From: Hydrurus foetidus
Lineage: Eukaryota
NCBI GenBank assembly: GCA_900617105.1
Contig: UYFQ01000683.1
Coordinates: 1 to 64,000, forward strand
Direction of reading: 5' to 3'
DNA: 64,000 bases
Below are positions 24,015 to 37,426 of this stretch, one piece after another (position 1 is the first letter of the stretch; the number at the start of each line of letters is the position of its first letter). The position numbers were made by a program, and so were the translations under genes. The notes under the pieces are model-generated. The model ran no database searches. It saw only the letters and a program-made list of their open reading frames with translations, and was not told the DNA's origin.

Positions 24015-25503
24015 TATCTTGATAGAGGAACGATTACATTAAGAGAGATATTACTAGAAAAGTTATTTCTGTAGCTTTGTGGCGTCCGATTTTTTTCATC
24101 ATATACAACCAGCAGCAACAGAATGTGTTTTTATTGATGGAGTAAAGCAATGGTCAGCCTTCATTATATTATGGCGGTCAACTCTGTGGCACCTTTATTC
24201 GAATGCAATTACTGCCCTTATCCCTTAATCTTTAAAGTGTAAGAAGTAACTGAATGCAAGGATCAACTTTTCTTCAAAATGAAGAATCTTGATGACTCAA
24301 TGAGTTCGACGAGGATCTGAGGGACGCTGTACAAGAGTTTCTTTTCGTCTGAGAAACCAAAACGAAGCATGAACCTTGTACAGTAGGACTTACAAATCGG
24401 CTAGTTGTTGAACACACAATTATCGAGCAGGCATCATCGGCTCAAGAGTAATCACGTTTACTATGTTGAAATATGTCTGCAGATCCCAGAGTACTCAACG
24501 TAAGAAAATATTATCTGTGAAGCTTATTGCTTTTCATGATCCTCCGAGAGCAAAGACAAAGACGTTTTCTCATGAGTGCGCATACCCTGACCCTACTCCT
24601 TTCAACTTGAGAAGGTAGATGGCTGTCTATTTGTGTAGAGGTTGCGAAGAGAAGCTATTCGAAACTGATTACTTTGTTATCGCTTTTGTTGAAGTTATCA
24701 AAAGCGACTACCTCAAGAAGTCATTGCAATACGCTCGCTACGGGCAGTATTATGAAGCATAATAAAGAATGGCACTGTAGGAAATCATGAAAGTCACTCA
24801 ATCGCACTGACGTCTTAAGAGTGAAATCAGACGAGGGACATACTTCAGTATTCTGTGATATCTCAGTTCATTCTCATCGGGAAGACTGGAGTTCTGGAAT
24901 GCAACAGAGTCAATCCGAGACAGTAAAATGATCGAACTAATTGCGGAACTGCCTACTGGTATATCTCAATATCAGGTGAACTCTGTTTTTAGTGGTCTCC
25001 CATTTCTCCAGACTTTCGATAACTTCATATTCTCAAAAAAAGCAAGTTCTGTCCAACGACCATTTCTTTAGTTACGAAGAAGACAGCACGTAGGGCCGAG
25101 GATTAAAAGAAATGTAAGTCTAGATCTCAACCATAGGACATACCAAAAGAATTGAAATAGCTTCAGTGTAATACATTGAGATGCATAACTCTCTGCCCGA
25201 CAGTTTTTGGATGGCATATCACTGTTGAAGATAGATAGTGCACTCGGTGTAACTACTGATAGTGCTGAGTCTGCCCTCTCCCCTGCAGCGGATATTTAAT
25301 GCGTGACCAAACTGCTTCTTGGATGTCTGCCTCTCCTTCTTCTCATTCTACATGTGACATTGTGAGGTAGTCTACGCACTAATGGCAGTTTCGCACGAAG
25401 TTTGATTTCACTGACCGAATCATTTTTGTTTTTTAAGGTTTTAGGTTCGAGACGGTGAACTTATCTTGTTTTATCCTGTCCTGTCCTCTTGTCCTATCTT
25501 GCT

Positions 25504-26876
25504 CTATTGGAAAGCATCGCCACCTGCTTCCCATATGTCGATCTCCCCCTCGTTGCTGCCGGGCGAGCTTGAGAGGATTGTGTCGTCACCCTCCGATTTC
25601 GGATCTGCTATGATAGTGTCGATTGCTTTATTGCAAAGTCCACTTTTGACGTCGGCAAGATCCTGCTCACTGATGCAAAGCTCCGCAACCAAATCGTCAT
25701 CCAGTTCACTTTCGATGGTCACACCGTGGTACTCGGGAGGTGGCATCAAATCATCGTCATCATCATCTCTTGAATAGGAGGCTCTCTTCACCTGATTGAG
25801 TAAGTCGTCAGGCATCACACCATCGTCCATCATGACAGCGTTCAGCTCCTCCACTGCTTCAGCTAGAATTCTCTTCAAGCCTGTCAATCGGAAGGAAGTG
25901 CTCTGACTTTGAAGCAGCTGCTGCATCACTTCCACCTGCCGGATGAGAGTAAGAGCAGTTCTTTGAAAAATTGAAATTGAACAGTTTAAGTGCGTTTGAT
26001 GACCTGACTTACCTCAGTCGCTAGGAGATTGGCACATGCATGTGAAAAAGCTTTATGTCTGCTTGAGCCTCCATCTATTTCGAGAATCTTCTCCTTCAAG
26101 GCAAAGAGAGGTCTGCTGTCTCGGATCGCAGGAGAAAGCCCTATTGTTTCTGCACCATCCTCATCAGCATTCTGCAACTTCGCTATTCTAAGGTAGGTCT
26201 TCAGTTCGCAGTACACTTCTTTGCAGAGGTTTTCACACAGCGCAGAATCTCCCGCGATTTCGATGTCGTCAATAAGTTCGACTTCTGCTCGCAAGTAAGG
26301 TTTAGTGGCAAGAATTTTTCGAATCTTGAAACGTGAGTTGGCTTCGATAATAAAGAATCCTTTTCCGTCATCCATTTTCTTCTTCTCAAAAATGCTGCAG
26401 AAACTGCCGATAGATCCTATCGCTCCGCTGCCTGATATAAAGCACCGCCCTAGTCGGTTGCCGTTCTTCTCCGCATCATTCATCAAGCTCCGAAATCTCA
26501 TTTCATAAATATAGAGGAACTCACGTGCTCCAGGAAAAAGCGGTGATTCAAAAGGCATTATTGGGATATCAATTAACTCAATTTTACTTCTGCTTGACTG
26601 CGATGGCCTAATCAGCATATCGTCGGGGCCACTATCATTGTGGGACGATCCATCATCATTTAATACGTACTTGACTCCTCTCCCCCCGAACAGCTCCTCT
26701 AATGAAGGTAGTTCTCCTTTGGAGCTGGTACCACCTATTCCCGCCTCGTTGGATTCGTCTTTACTTAATTTCATTATAGGAGACATATTTCTTCTGCGCC
26801 ACGGGATTGATTTGAAGGAATCAATGGGATATTGCGTCAAGAGAAGGGTAGATAACATGGAAAAGATGACTTTCAT
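25504..26876 (-). CDS. LON protease N-terminal (substrate-binding) domain protein, probable plastid targeting; intron 25936-26012
   Basis: IPIMPFESPLFPGAREFLYIYEMRFRSLM, RFKIRKILATKPYLRAEVE and, after splicing, MQQLLQSQSTSFRL are LON_substr_bdg motifs. The signal peptide ends in IDS-F (ASAF-like). There is no AAA+ or protease domain. Confidence 0.85.
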
Positions 26877-27390
26877 GACAATCGGTGGAATGGTTATAAA
26901 CTGAAGTGATCCCACGAGCTGCAGATTCCCTCTGTCCTAGCAGTACTTTTTTATTGAGAGTACTACGTTACCACTAAACCGGCTCCACTTCATAGTGCGG
27001 TCATTAGACCCAGTGGATGTCAGTTGCTAGTGTAAATAGTGCTTCGAAGTAATTTGAGTGTAGCTGGATCTGACAACTCAGCACTCTTTCTAAACTCTAA
27101 ACTCAACTCACCAACTCGAACAATGTTGAAATTTCTTCCGTCATACGAATCGACGAATCGAAGATGACACGGCATACTATACCGTATCCTACCGTCTCTG
27201 CAGTTTATCCCGTACCATATCAGATGGCATTTGACAACTCTCTCACTCTCAAACTTCTGTCATTTCTCATCTGTCATTTGTCAGTAATCAGTAATCAGCA
27301 TCTCTACAGTGAAAGCGGAAATATTGATCACTATCATCAGAAAATTTGACAGTCAACCAGGCTGTTAGTATCATCGATTCTTAAATCAAG

Positions 27391-28689
27391 ATGTGGAAGG
27401 CCAGCAACGCTGTCGCTATCGATATAAGAGGAGCAAAGGGGTTGAATCAATCAACCATCAATGGTGTTTACGAGCCGACCGATGAGGTCTGCAGCGGCTG
27501 GCCAGTCTATCGAAAGCGAGGTGACGCCAACAAGTGGTTGGAATTCTTCATTGCATCCAATAAGGTATAATCCAACGCCATGTTTTCTCAATCTATTAAA
27601 ACTTTCCCAGCAGTCCACAGTGAAGACTCTTCAATCATTTGCACCTGATATAACACGATGCGATTGATGACAGTGGTACATTAAAGCGACCACTGACAAG
27701 GGGAAAGCGAAAGGCTGGATGCGCCTGTCTTGTGATCCTGTGACACGTCCTGAACTCTGCAAGTCTGTTTGTGAAGTATGGGACGGAAGCAAATGGACAT
27801 CTCAGCAATCTGTATCTATTGTAACTGCGAAACAGCGAAGGGAGGAGGATAAAAAAGCTGGTGCCGAAAGAAGGGCCCAATCAGTACCAGTAGATGTTCG
27901 AGGTGCATACGGTCCATCAGCTACTTCAATAAATGGAGTTTATGAACCAACGAGTGAAGTGTGTGGAGGTTGGCCAGTCTACAGGAAACAAGGAGATCCT
28001 GACAAATGGCTTGAATACATAGTAGCAACAAATGAGGTAAATATGATGCTCTGACTGCTCCTCTCGTGCGAACAGCTCGGAGTAATGCCGACTTCTTCTT
28101 ATTACCGCATACCTCTCTCAACTAACTGCCAAGAAATGCAAAATTTGTTGTCCAGTGGTATGTCAAACCGACAGCTGATAGAGGGAGAGCAGAAGGTTGG
28201 ATGTGCTTGGCTAGCGATCCACCGACTAGACCAGAATTGTCTAGAGGGACTTGCGAAGTCTGGGACGGAGACAGATGGACGATACAGACTTCAGTTACTG
28301 TACTGACTGCCGCTTGTGCGTTTGAGAGCATGTTAGACGTCCAGATATTTTGCGCTGAAGAATCAAAGGCACTTCAGGAGAAATTGAATGCGACTTTGAA
28401 AAGGGCGATTGGTATGTTGAGTACAGGCATCAATCAAGATCGAGTGGAAGAGGGAACGAAGCAGCTTGACTCTCTTCTGGAGGACTTGGAAGAACAGCTG
28501 AGACTGCTCAATCAAATGCAAATGGAGCAAGAAGAAGAAGCAACTGCAACGGCTAAAGTGTTGGAGAATTGCGCTGATAGCGATAAAACTCAAGAAATTG
28601 CAGTTGAGATTAATCTTGGATTTGCGGGAAGTAAAGATCGAGATCAACCGGAAGAAAAGAACAACATCAAATCGACAAGCTTTGAATAA
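27391..28689 (+). CDS. Protein with two tandem ~110-aa Trp/Gly-rich domains and a C-terminal coiled coil; introns 27565-27673 and 28037-28155
   Basis: The spliced frame gives two copies of D(I/V)RGA..INGVYEPT.EVC.GWPVYRK.GD..KWLE...|WY.K.T.D.G.A.GWM.L..DP.TRPEL....CEVWDG..WT.Q.SV. Confidence 0.85.
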
Positions 28690-29590
28690 CATTATTCCCA
28701 GTCCACTTAATGCGTGGAGTGACCTGCATGCGTGATCAACTTACTTTTCTGCACACATTAATCGGTGCCTTTCCACAGCACAGTAATCAAATCAAATTCA
28801 ACTGAGCCAAACTCTGTCAGCTCTTCGAGATAGCTAAAGCAGCGGTGAAGTCCATCGTATCGTATCCTAGCGTTTGTCGACACGTATCTCGTAGTAACAG
28901 TAATGCCGCAGTAACTGAGCTTCTTGCGAGCAGTTTAGTTTTAGGAACGTAGTACAACTGCCCCCGCCCACACACAGTCTAAAATTTGAGCAACGGCAAC
29001 GTACTGTACTGTTGCGTACAGCATGTACAGTAATCACCATCCAAAATCTACTCACACATAATGGCAGTTTGGATGACCATCATTTAGCTTCGCAACGTGA
29101 TAGGATACTATACTGTGACACCAACTAAACAGACAAATAAAAATAAGAAAGGTTTCGATGCGGCACATGCTGCTCGAGAACGTAACGTATGTACATCGTA
29201 TAACCGAACCGCTCCTCTCTAGGGCTCTGGATGGCCGCATGAAGCGCAAAGATACATAAATATGGAACGAGGGAAAAACAAGAGAAGAGGCAGAGCAGCG
29301 TCTAAAGAGAAGCCGCTGTCCGTACACCGTGTGGCTTCCATTGACCCCGATTCCATTCGCTTCAATTCCTTTGCTTCTCATCGCCTTGCTGTGGCTTCAA
29401 TCCACCGATCCATCGTCTACAGTCCCGAGCAGTAATTAATATGTAAAACAAAATCGACGATTTTGCGCGGACACCCCTATACCCATCCTCTAATTATGTA
29501 CTGAGGCTGAGGCGTTATGCAGCAGTGTGTGGAGGGGTGTGATAATGCTGATAAGTTGTTCTTGTTGCTGGTCACGTCACTAAGGGGGTG

Positions 29591-32500
29591 TCACCGATAC
29601 CCTCTGCCAGCTAGAGCCAGTACATGCGCTTCTGCACAGGTGGCCAATCCATCAGCTGCTTTGGAGACGTCATATCCTCCTTCCAGCACACTCACCACTC
29701 TCCCTCCGCACACCTCATCAGCAACCACTTGAATCCTCTCCGCCATCCAGTGGAAGTCTATTGGTTTAAGTCCTACTTGACCCCCTATAGGGTCAGTTGA
29801 TGCGCCATCAAATCCCGCACTGATGAATATTATATCCGGTTTAAACGCCTTTAAAGCTGGCATTATGATGTCTTCAAAGGAGATACGAAACCCACTCCTA
29901 CTCCTCGGTTTGCCTGATTTAAACAGAGGGTTCCCAGCTCTCACTGTGGGATATACGTTGACCAATACTCTGTTGGGATGTCTCTCATCTGCCCCTAAGA
30001 GACAGCAGCTAGACGAGGGAAAGAAGAAATCTTTGGGGCCATCGTACTGGAGATGCACTGACGAGTAGAAGGCGTGAGGGTCGCCTTCAAATATTTCCGC
30101 GGTGCCGTTTCCAAAGTGGGCATCAATATCCACCACTGCGAACCTTCTTAAGCCGTATTTGATACGCGCGTAATACGCACCTATCGCTACGTTATTCAAT
30201 AAGCAGAAACCGTTGTTAGAGCATCCTCTGGTACTACCAAAGCGACCCGCGTGATGACCAGGTGGGCGTATGCAGCAGAACACGTTCTTCACCCCATGCA
30301 CCTCTGTGACCGCAACAGCAGTATTCGCTGCTACGCTGCTGAGCATCTCCGGTGTGACCACCCCCAATGCGGCACCCGATGTTGAAGTTGAAGTTGCTGT
30401 GACCCCCACCTTGGATCTGGTGAGAGAGCCGGAGCTAGCTGCGATGGTGTTTGAAGGAAGAACTACTCCACAGCTGTCACTTTTGTTCTGCCCAATAGCA
30501 GCACTGACTTTCTCAGAGGTGCTTTTGTTATCATGACCAGCAGATGTAGATGTGGAGGCAGAGGTAAAGGCAGTGTCATCGATGTTCTGACTAAAAGTAG
30601 AGTCCATGTCAGCCGGCTCAACGATATGTGCTTGTGCTTGTGCTTGTTGCTGAAGTTGTAGTTGAAGTGTCGCACTCTCCTGTACTGCACAGATGCTCTC
30701 CTCTTCACGAGAGACAGAGACATTAATCCGGTTGAGGGTCCCGTCCATTTTGTCCGTGACTACCGCAGATACGGTAGGATCCTGCTCTTGAATAGCGTTA
30801 TTACACTCCTCCAAAAAGCCCGTCATGAGTTCGCTTATCTCTTCGACATCCATACTCTCTAGTGCACTTACCACGTCGCTCCTGAAAGACCCACCGACAC
30901 TAGTACTCACGGCGGACAAAGAGGGACGAGGGGAATCAGACTCTCCCCTCGCTGCGTCAGTGACAACCTCCGGATCCAGTGAAGGTCTCTGGGGAGAGTT
31001 GGAATTAGACGACGACAGACAAGATGCGACTCTTTCCTCTGCTGTCAAGCCAGCGCACTCCATCCCTTCAAGATCCGACCCAGCAAGCAAGTCACACCCC
31101 ACCACACAGCCCATAGTCACCGCATCCACTCCCGCACACACCACAGCAGCAGCAGCTATAGCCGCCTCGAAGGAACAGGGGGAAATGTACGTATCTGATG
31201 CACCCACATCCAGGTCCTCCCACCAACCAGGACCAGGGACCACACTGCCCTCCCCACAGTGACTTATGAACTTATCCCCAGAGATAAACCTTCCATTGAT
31301 GCGGTGGATTTCCCCAAAGGGATCGCCCTCTCCCTCGTCATCAAACGCTGAGTCAAGTGAGTGATTAGGTGTTTCCGAAGTAGGGTTATCTCGTCTTCTC
31401 TTCGACCTTGGGGGGAGGACTGCCACTCCTTTGGGAGGAATCGTGGGTCGACTTGTGAGGACGTCTATGCTGCTTTGTCTGATGTTGCTATCGCTATTGT
31501 CACTGCTACTACTTGTGCTAGTGCTACCACCTCTGCTAGTACAGCTGCTATGTCGGCTACTGCTACTAGCAGCACCTTCACCAACAGTATTGCTGATGCT
31601 CTGCTCAATTTCTGCAGAAGAGCCTTTGACAGATTTGGTTAGAGAATGTTCTACTGGATGATTGACGTCTCCCTCTACAGACATCAGATCAGTTATCGCT
31701 TGGTCTGATGCACTTGATGACGAATCTGCAGCAAATTGCACTGTGGTGCTATCTTGACTATACTCTACTACCGGGACTAATTCGCTGTCAAAGTGTGCAA
31801 TGGTCTCTAGCGGCTTGCCAGTATCATCGTTGACATCGTCCTCATCAGCTGCTTTATGACTGAGCTGATCCGATCTCTGTTCAGTCGCAGAAACCTCGCA
31901 GTCCATGGATGCGGTACCGTCCGATCCCGTCACATCCGGTTGAACTATACAGGGTGCATCGTAAATTGGGGGAATGTCCGAGTAATTATTCGCAAAATTG
32001 GGTGAACTTGATGCACTCGATGAGGTCTGTTCTTGTAGAGCTAGGTCATGGGATGTCCCGTGCGTCTCCCCCTCTGCAGGCAATGGCACATCATCAGGAA
32101 TGGGGCACACGGCAGCGCAGAGCTGTTTCGATGGATCTCTGTCTGACTCCTCAATTCCCAGTATCAACTTAGCGGCTATGTCACCCGGTAAGAAGGAAGG
32201 AGCATGAGATGAGATAGACATAGACATTGAAGAAGGCGGGGGGTCATCTGCAACGGCTGAATCGTCGAGATCCGCATTACCCTCGCTATCATCATCCAGA
32301 CCCGCCTCATCCCCTTCCCCTTCCCCTTCCTCCTCGTCCTCTTGGAGTTCCATCCCAGTTTCAGGTCCAAGTTCCGGTTCTAGGTCCGCTTCGAACTCGT
32401 TGTCTAGGTCATTGCGTGTGTCTAGTGCATTAGACTCGGAGACGCTTCTCCTCTTCCTGTGTCTCTCCTGTCCGACCCACACCTCATATTCAGGTCGGTT

Positions 32501-35500
32501 GAGAAGGAATTTAGTTAGTTGGCTCCGTAATGGTGCATTGCCCCCTGACACTCTACACTGCCTGAGAGTGTTCCAAACAGACACGTGTCCCTTCTTTAGA
32601 GGCTTGTTCGGCTTCCCAGTCAGGGGATTTAGGGACTTTTTGAAGGCCTTCGCCCTTCTGCCCCTTTTGGCAGGGACATATCCTGGGACTGGGACTGGTA
32701 CTTGGACTGGGATATTTAAGATAGTGACGTCACTGTTGGTGTGGCTGTGTAGATTGCCAGACAGCGCAGCTGCATCAAGAGCAGTGGATTCTGTGGATCT
32801 TGGATTAGAGGCTGGTACCGTGAGAGGGTTGGGAATCACAGTCAACTCAATGGCAGTGGCGGTGGAGGTAACGTCTACATTGGTGCTGACCGTAAGGTCC
32901 CCTTGGATACTGGCATCGACACTCCCGTCTACTGCTGCAGCAGCTGTTTGCGCTGGTGACATGATGTTCTGTTCGATCTCCCTCTCTTTGATATTTCCGA
33001 CGAGCAGTGCAGCCTTCCCCTTCGTCTTGCTACCCCTGGAGACGGAGACTCTCTTCACACTGGATACGTCACTACTATCACTGTCTGACTCTTCGTTTCT
33101 GCTACGCTCCATCCTCAGCATTTCCTCTTGATTGATGTAGACATCTCTGTCCGGATTCTCAGCGATAAAAGTGGTTAAGTCGCATCGCATTGGCGCCTCC
33201 TCTCCCTCGACCTTCAGCAGTCGCACGTTATCCCACATGCAGATACGCTCTGAGGCGTAACTCAGCTGAGGCGCATCATCACCAGCAATAGAAAGCGCCA
33301 ATATTCTCGTCAACTCGTCATCATCATTGTAGTGCAGATCTTGACCTGTATAGATTTCGTACTCTGGTCTAGTGGCTAGGAATTTTAAAAGCATGGACCG
33401 TATAGGCGCATTGCGACCTGATAGACAGCTCTTCCTCCTTGAGTTCCACAGGGGAATGGGACTGGCCATGGAAGACTCGAGTGTCTGTGCTGGCGTCTTC
33501 CCCACCTCCTTCTCCTTCTTCTTGGACATAGCGGAGACAGCGAGAGAGAGAGCCTTCAAGGGCTTGAGAGGGACGCCCAGATTACCGCACACAAGATGCA
33601 GCTTAGCAGCAATGCAGGGGGCTAACTTCTCTACTTTGCACTCAACTGCAACAGCGTCTACCAGGTCGGGTGGTGCCGGAGTGGCTGAAGCTACCGTGAG
33701 TTCCGGCTGTTTCGTCTCGTCTGCTGCAGGTGATGGATAAATACTGCTTATGCCCCTCACTGCGCTGCTGCCTCGACCTCGCCCTCGTCCGCCTCTCCCT
33801 CTTCCCCTGCCTCTTCCAGACTTCAAAGCGTCCCTCTCTGACTTCATCATCCTGGGAACGAGGGGCTCTTGGCCGTCATACACGCAATATTCCGGCCGGT
33901 TTAAGAGGTATTCCTGCAGATCTTTACGGTAAGGCGCGTTGCCTCCTGCTACTCTACACTGCTTGACTTTGTTCCACAAAGACACTCTGCCCTCTTCCTC
34001 TCCCTCCTCCCCTTCAACAGCATCCTTGCGACTCTCCTCTTCTTCCCTCTCATACTCCTCCGACACTCTCACTCTCGCCCTGTCACCCACTCTGCGCGGC
34101 GTAGGGAGGAAGACAGAAGCTTCGAAATGTTTCTTCTCTTTCTCTTTCTTCACACGCACAGGCACTGTGACGCCTTTCATGAGCTCATCCTTTTCTAGAA
34201 TGAGCTTGTCCATCTTATCTGCTATCTCCACTCTATCATGCTTCTCCAACTTATCTTTCTCAGGAGCTGCAGTGCCGATAGATACGCACCTCAAACTGTC
34301 TCGAGACAGAGCGGAGAATCGAGATTTCTGAGACTCAGCGGTTGTGCGTGGCTTGACTAGCTTACTAGAGCTGGATATCTTCTTCACAATCTTAGCCTTG
34401 GAAGCGACTCTTCTCCTGTCCCCATCCACATCTGCCCCTGCTACCCTCTGTCCTGTCCAGATGACATACTCAGGCTTCTCGTCTAGGAAGGCTTTTAAGT
34501 CTTTCTTCATGGGTGCGTTACCACCTGATACTCTGACCTTACGCACTGTGTTCCATACGGAGATGCGCCTGAATGCTGAGAATGCTCCTAGATTGATCTT
34601 GTGCTTCACTTCTGGTTCGCCATCTGCACTGTCGTGTGCTGATGCATCCATGGCAGCATAGTGGCTTACACTGCTCCTCTTTGGCACACCGTGCACCGGT
34701 AGAATGTTCTTGCCCTTGACTTGGCTAGCGCTTTTGGCGGGACGACCTAACAACTTCAACGAGCCGTCTCTGAACTTAGAGCAAACTGCACCAGATGGCA
34801 GGTCGTCCATGGCTTTACGCCTTTTAACCCCTCCAGTGCCGGATCGGTCCCTCTCCTCCTCGTACCCACCATGATAGTCCATCGCAGACTTGTCCATCCT
34901 ATCATTGCATGCGGAGGATGTGTAGATATCCGCTGCACCAGATGGCTGCACGGCTTGTCTGAGCCACTGGACAATGTCCCACTGAATAGGAGGGGTTTCC
35001 TCCTTGTCGTCCTGACCGGTGTACACCAAGAAGTGGGAGTTACGCGATAGGCATTCGCGAAGGTTCTTGAAAAAAGGTGCAGCATATCCACCCACTCTGC
35101 GGCATCTCATGGTGTCCCACATCCACACCCTGTCGGACCCGTTAGGAGAAAAGTCCCTGGGCCATTCTTCTTCTCGGAATGCGAGCAGTGCATCAGCCAC
35201 ATTCTGGGGAATGGAGAGGGGATTGGAGGATGTGGAGAAAACTCTCTGTCTCACTTTACTGTAAAGACCTGCATCGCTTTCATCTTCGTAGCCGTTACTA
35301 GCACTCAGAATGCCTGAGGAGGAGGTCGAAGTGCAACCTCCTGCTCTCACACTGGATCGGGCATTTCTCCTCATCATCGCAATGGGCAAGGGTTCACCAC
35401 TCTCCTCTGCTGCCGCCCTGATGTCCGCTTCATCTACTGGGATGTCTTCATTGAGCTCTGATGAGAACTGCACGTCAGCCTCTGTCTCCCCTGTCATAGC

Positions 35501-37388
35501 GTGGTCCTTCATGGGCAGATAGGGAGGGTTATGCAGACTGGCAGCTTTGGCTCTTTGTCTGAGATGGTCGATGTACTCGTCAGCATGCACGAGAGCCACT
35601 GACTCCCAGAAGCAGTCTTGCAGAGCGATGCTGCTGTCTCTCGCAAGGCATCTTATGTCCAGCTTGTTGGACCCTTCTCTCGGTGCGGTGCATCTTTCTC
35701 TCTCGTACATTTCTCCCTCAGCCCTTAAGGACGACTCCTCCGTCACACTCTCATCGAAACTGTTGCGATGGGTGGGAAGATCAGAACTCTCGGATACTGA
35801 TCCTTGCTTGATGTCGAAGGTGCCGTTGACAGCTGAAAGGCATTCCACCTTGCTCACACCAGAGTCGTTACACGTGTCCTCATTCAGGCATAGCGTATCT
35901 CCTATCACCTTCTCCACATCTTCTGTATTCCCCTTACACCTCTTGGAGAGTGCGAGTTGGAGTGACGTCAGCTTTGCCATTATTTTCACTATCCGGATGC
36001 TGCGCTCTGGCATTTTACGCGGAACTAAATGAGATAAATTCCTAGGATCGCACAGAACAACAGTCACTGACTTTTTGATGACTGGCTGGTCGTCACTCAG
36101 GCCATCAGTAGTGATGAATATGCCACTCAGAGCGTTGCCTTCTACTTTTCTGCAGATGTCTTCTATTACAGACTCCACACTTTCTGGCAGCATTCCATTT
36201 ATCCCTATCTCCCCCTCCACATCACTCTCCAGCTTACTCTGCACTGCGAGAGGCACGACTGCATCATCATATATATCGCGGATATTAAACAGTTTCTCAA
36301 ACTGATCTGTCCTACTTTTCGCTGCTAATCTCTCAAATTCCGATTTCTTCGATGCAATCTTACACCCCGCGTGAGTGGATGCGTACTTGAACAACAAGTG
36401 GCTGGACAAACGCATGCCCTCATAGAGAAGGCGTGAAAATATCAAACTCTCCTTGGGAGTTCTGACTGCTGATGGGGAGAGCAAGAGTGGCGTATTGGCC
36501 TTGGCATTTTCCACCCAGTGGGTCAGCTTGCTCATGAGGTTGGCAGTGTCACTGCTAGTGTGAGTAGCGGTGGCAGACGTTCTGGCCTTGCCCTCGCTGC
36601 CCTCATGCAGTCTCGCAGCCTTTGCCTTATTGTCACTGTCTCTGTCTGCAGTGGAACCTGTGAGTGCAGAGATGTACGCCTTGAACTTTATGAGCAGGGC
36701 TTTGTCCCTCTCCGCCACTGTGAGCATCTCACGGCAGCGCTTGGACTCCTTTGTGGCCAGCTGTATCCTCGCCTTCTCTGTTAGGCGGGCTAGCTTAGAA
36801 GCCTCTTGGTGCTCTGCGAAAGTCTTCTTGGCATTAGAGATTTCGTCTCTGATGCGCTTGAGTTTCTCAGAGAGTTCCCTTTCCTCCACCTCCATGTTAC
36901 CGATGAAGGCGCGTGACTCCACTTGCTCCTGTTCTCTAGAGTTCTCAGAGACCTGATGCTTTGCCTGAAGGAACCCGACCCTCTGGGATAGAGCGCCTCC
37001 CTCTCCGGTGAAGCGCTTTATCCTCCTCACCTCCATGGCACCCTTGACACGCACCGTATCAAAAATTTGTGCGATTTGACTTGTTGTTCTCACTTTTGCA
37101 TCTACCACTCCTAGGATGGAACAGAGGAGCTCTCTTCCTGAGTTGCACCTGCTACTACTACTGACATGGTTGTTGTTGTTGTGGATAACTTGCTCTCTTG
37201 CATCGTGTTCACTCTCTTCACCGTCATTCTGAACTGCTCCCGTTGTCATACGACATTTACTATCCCTGTCTCTGTCCCCGTCCCTTCCTCCTTGTGTTTC
37301 GCTGCTAATACTACCAGAGCGACTTAGACCATCGACATTCCTCTCAAAATACGTAGAAGAGAGAGCAGATGATGAAAATGAAAAAGAG

Positions 37389-37426
<38 letters not shown>

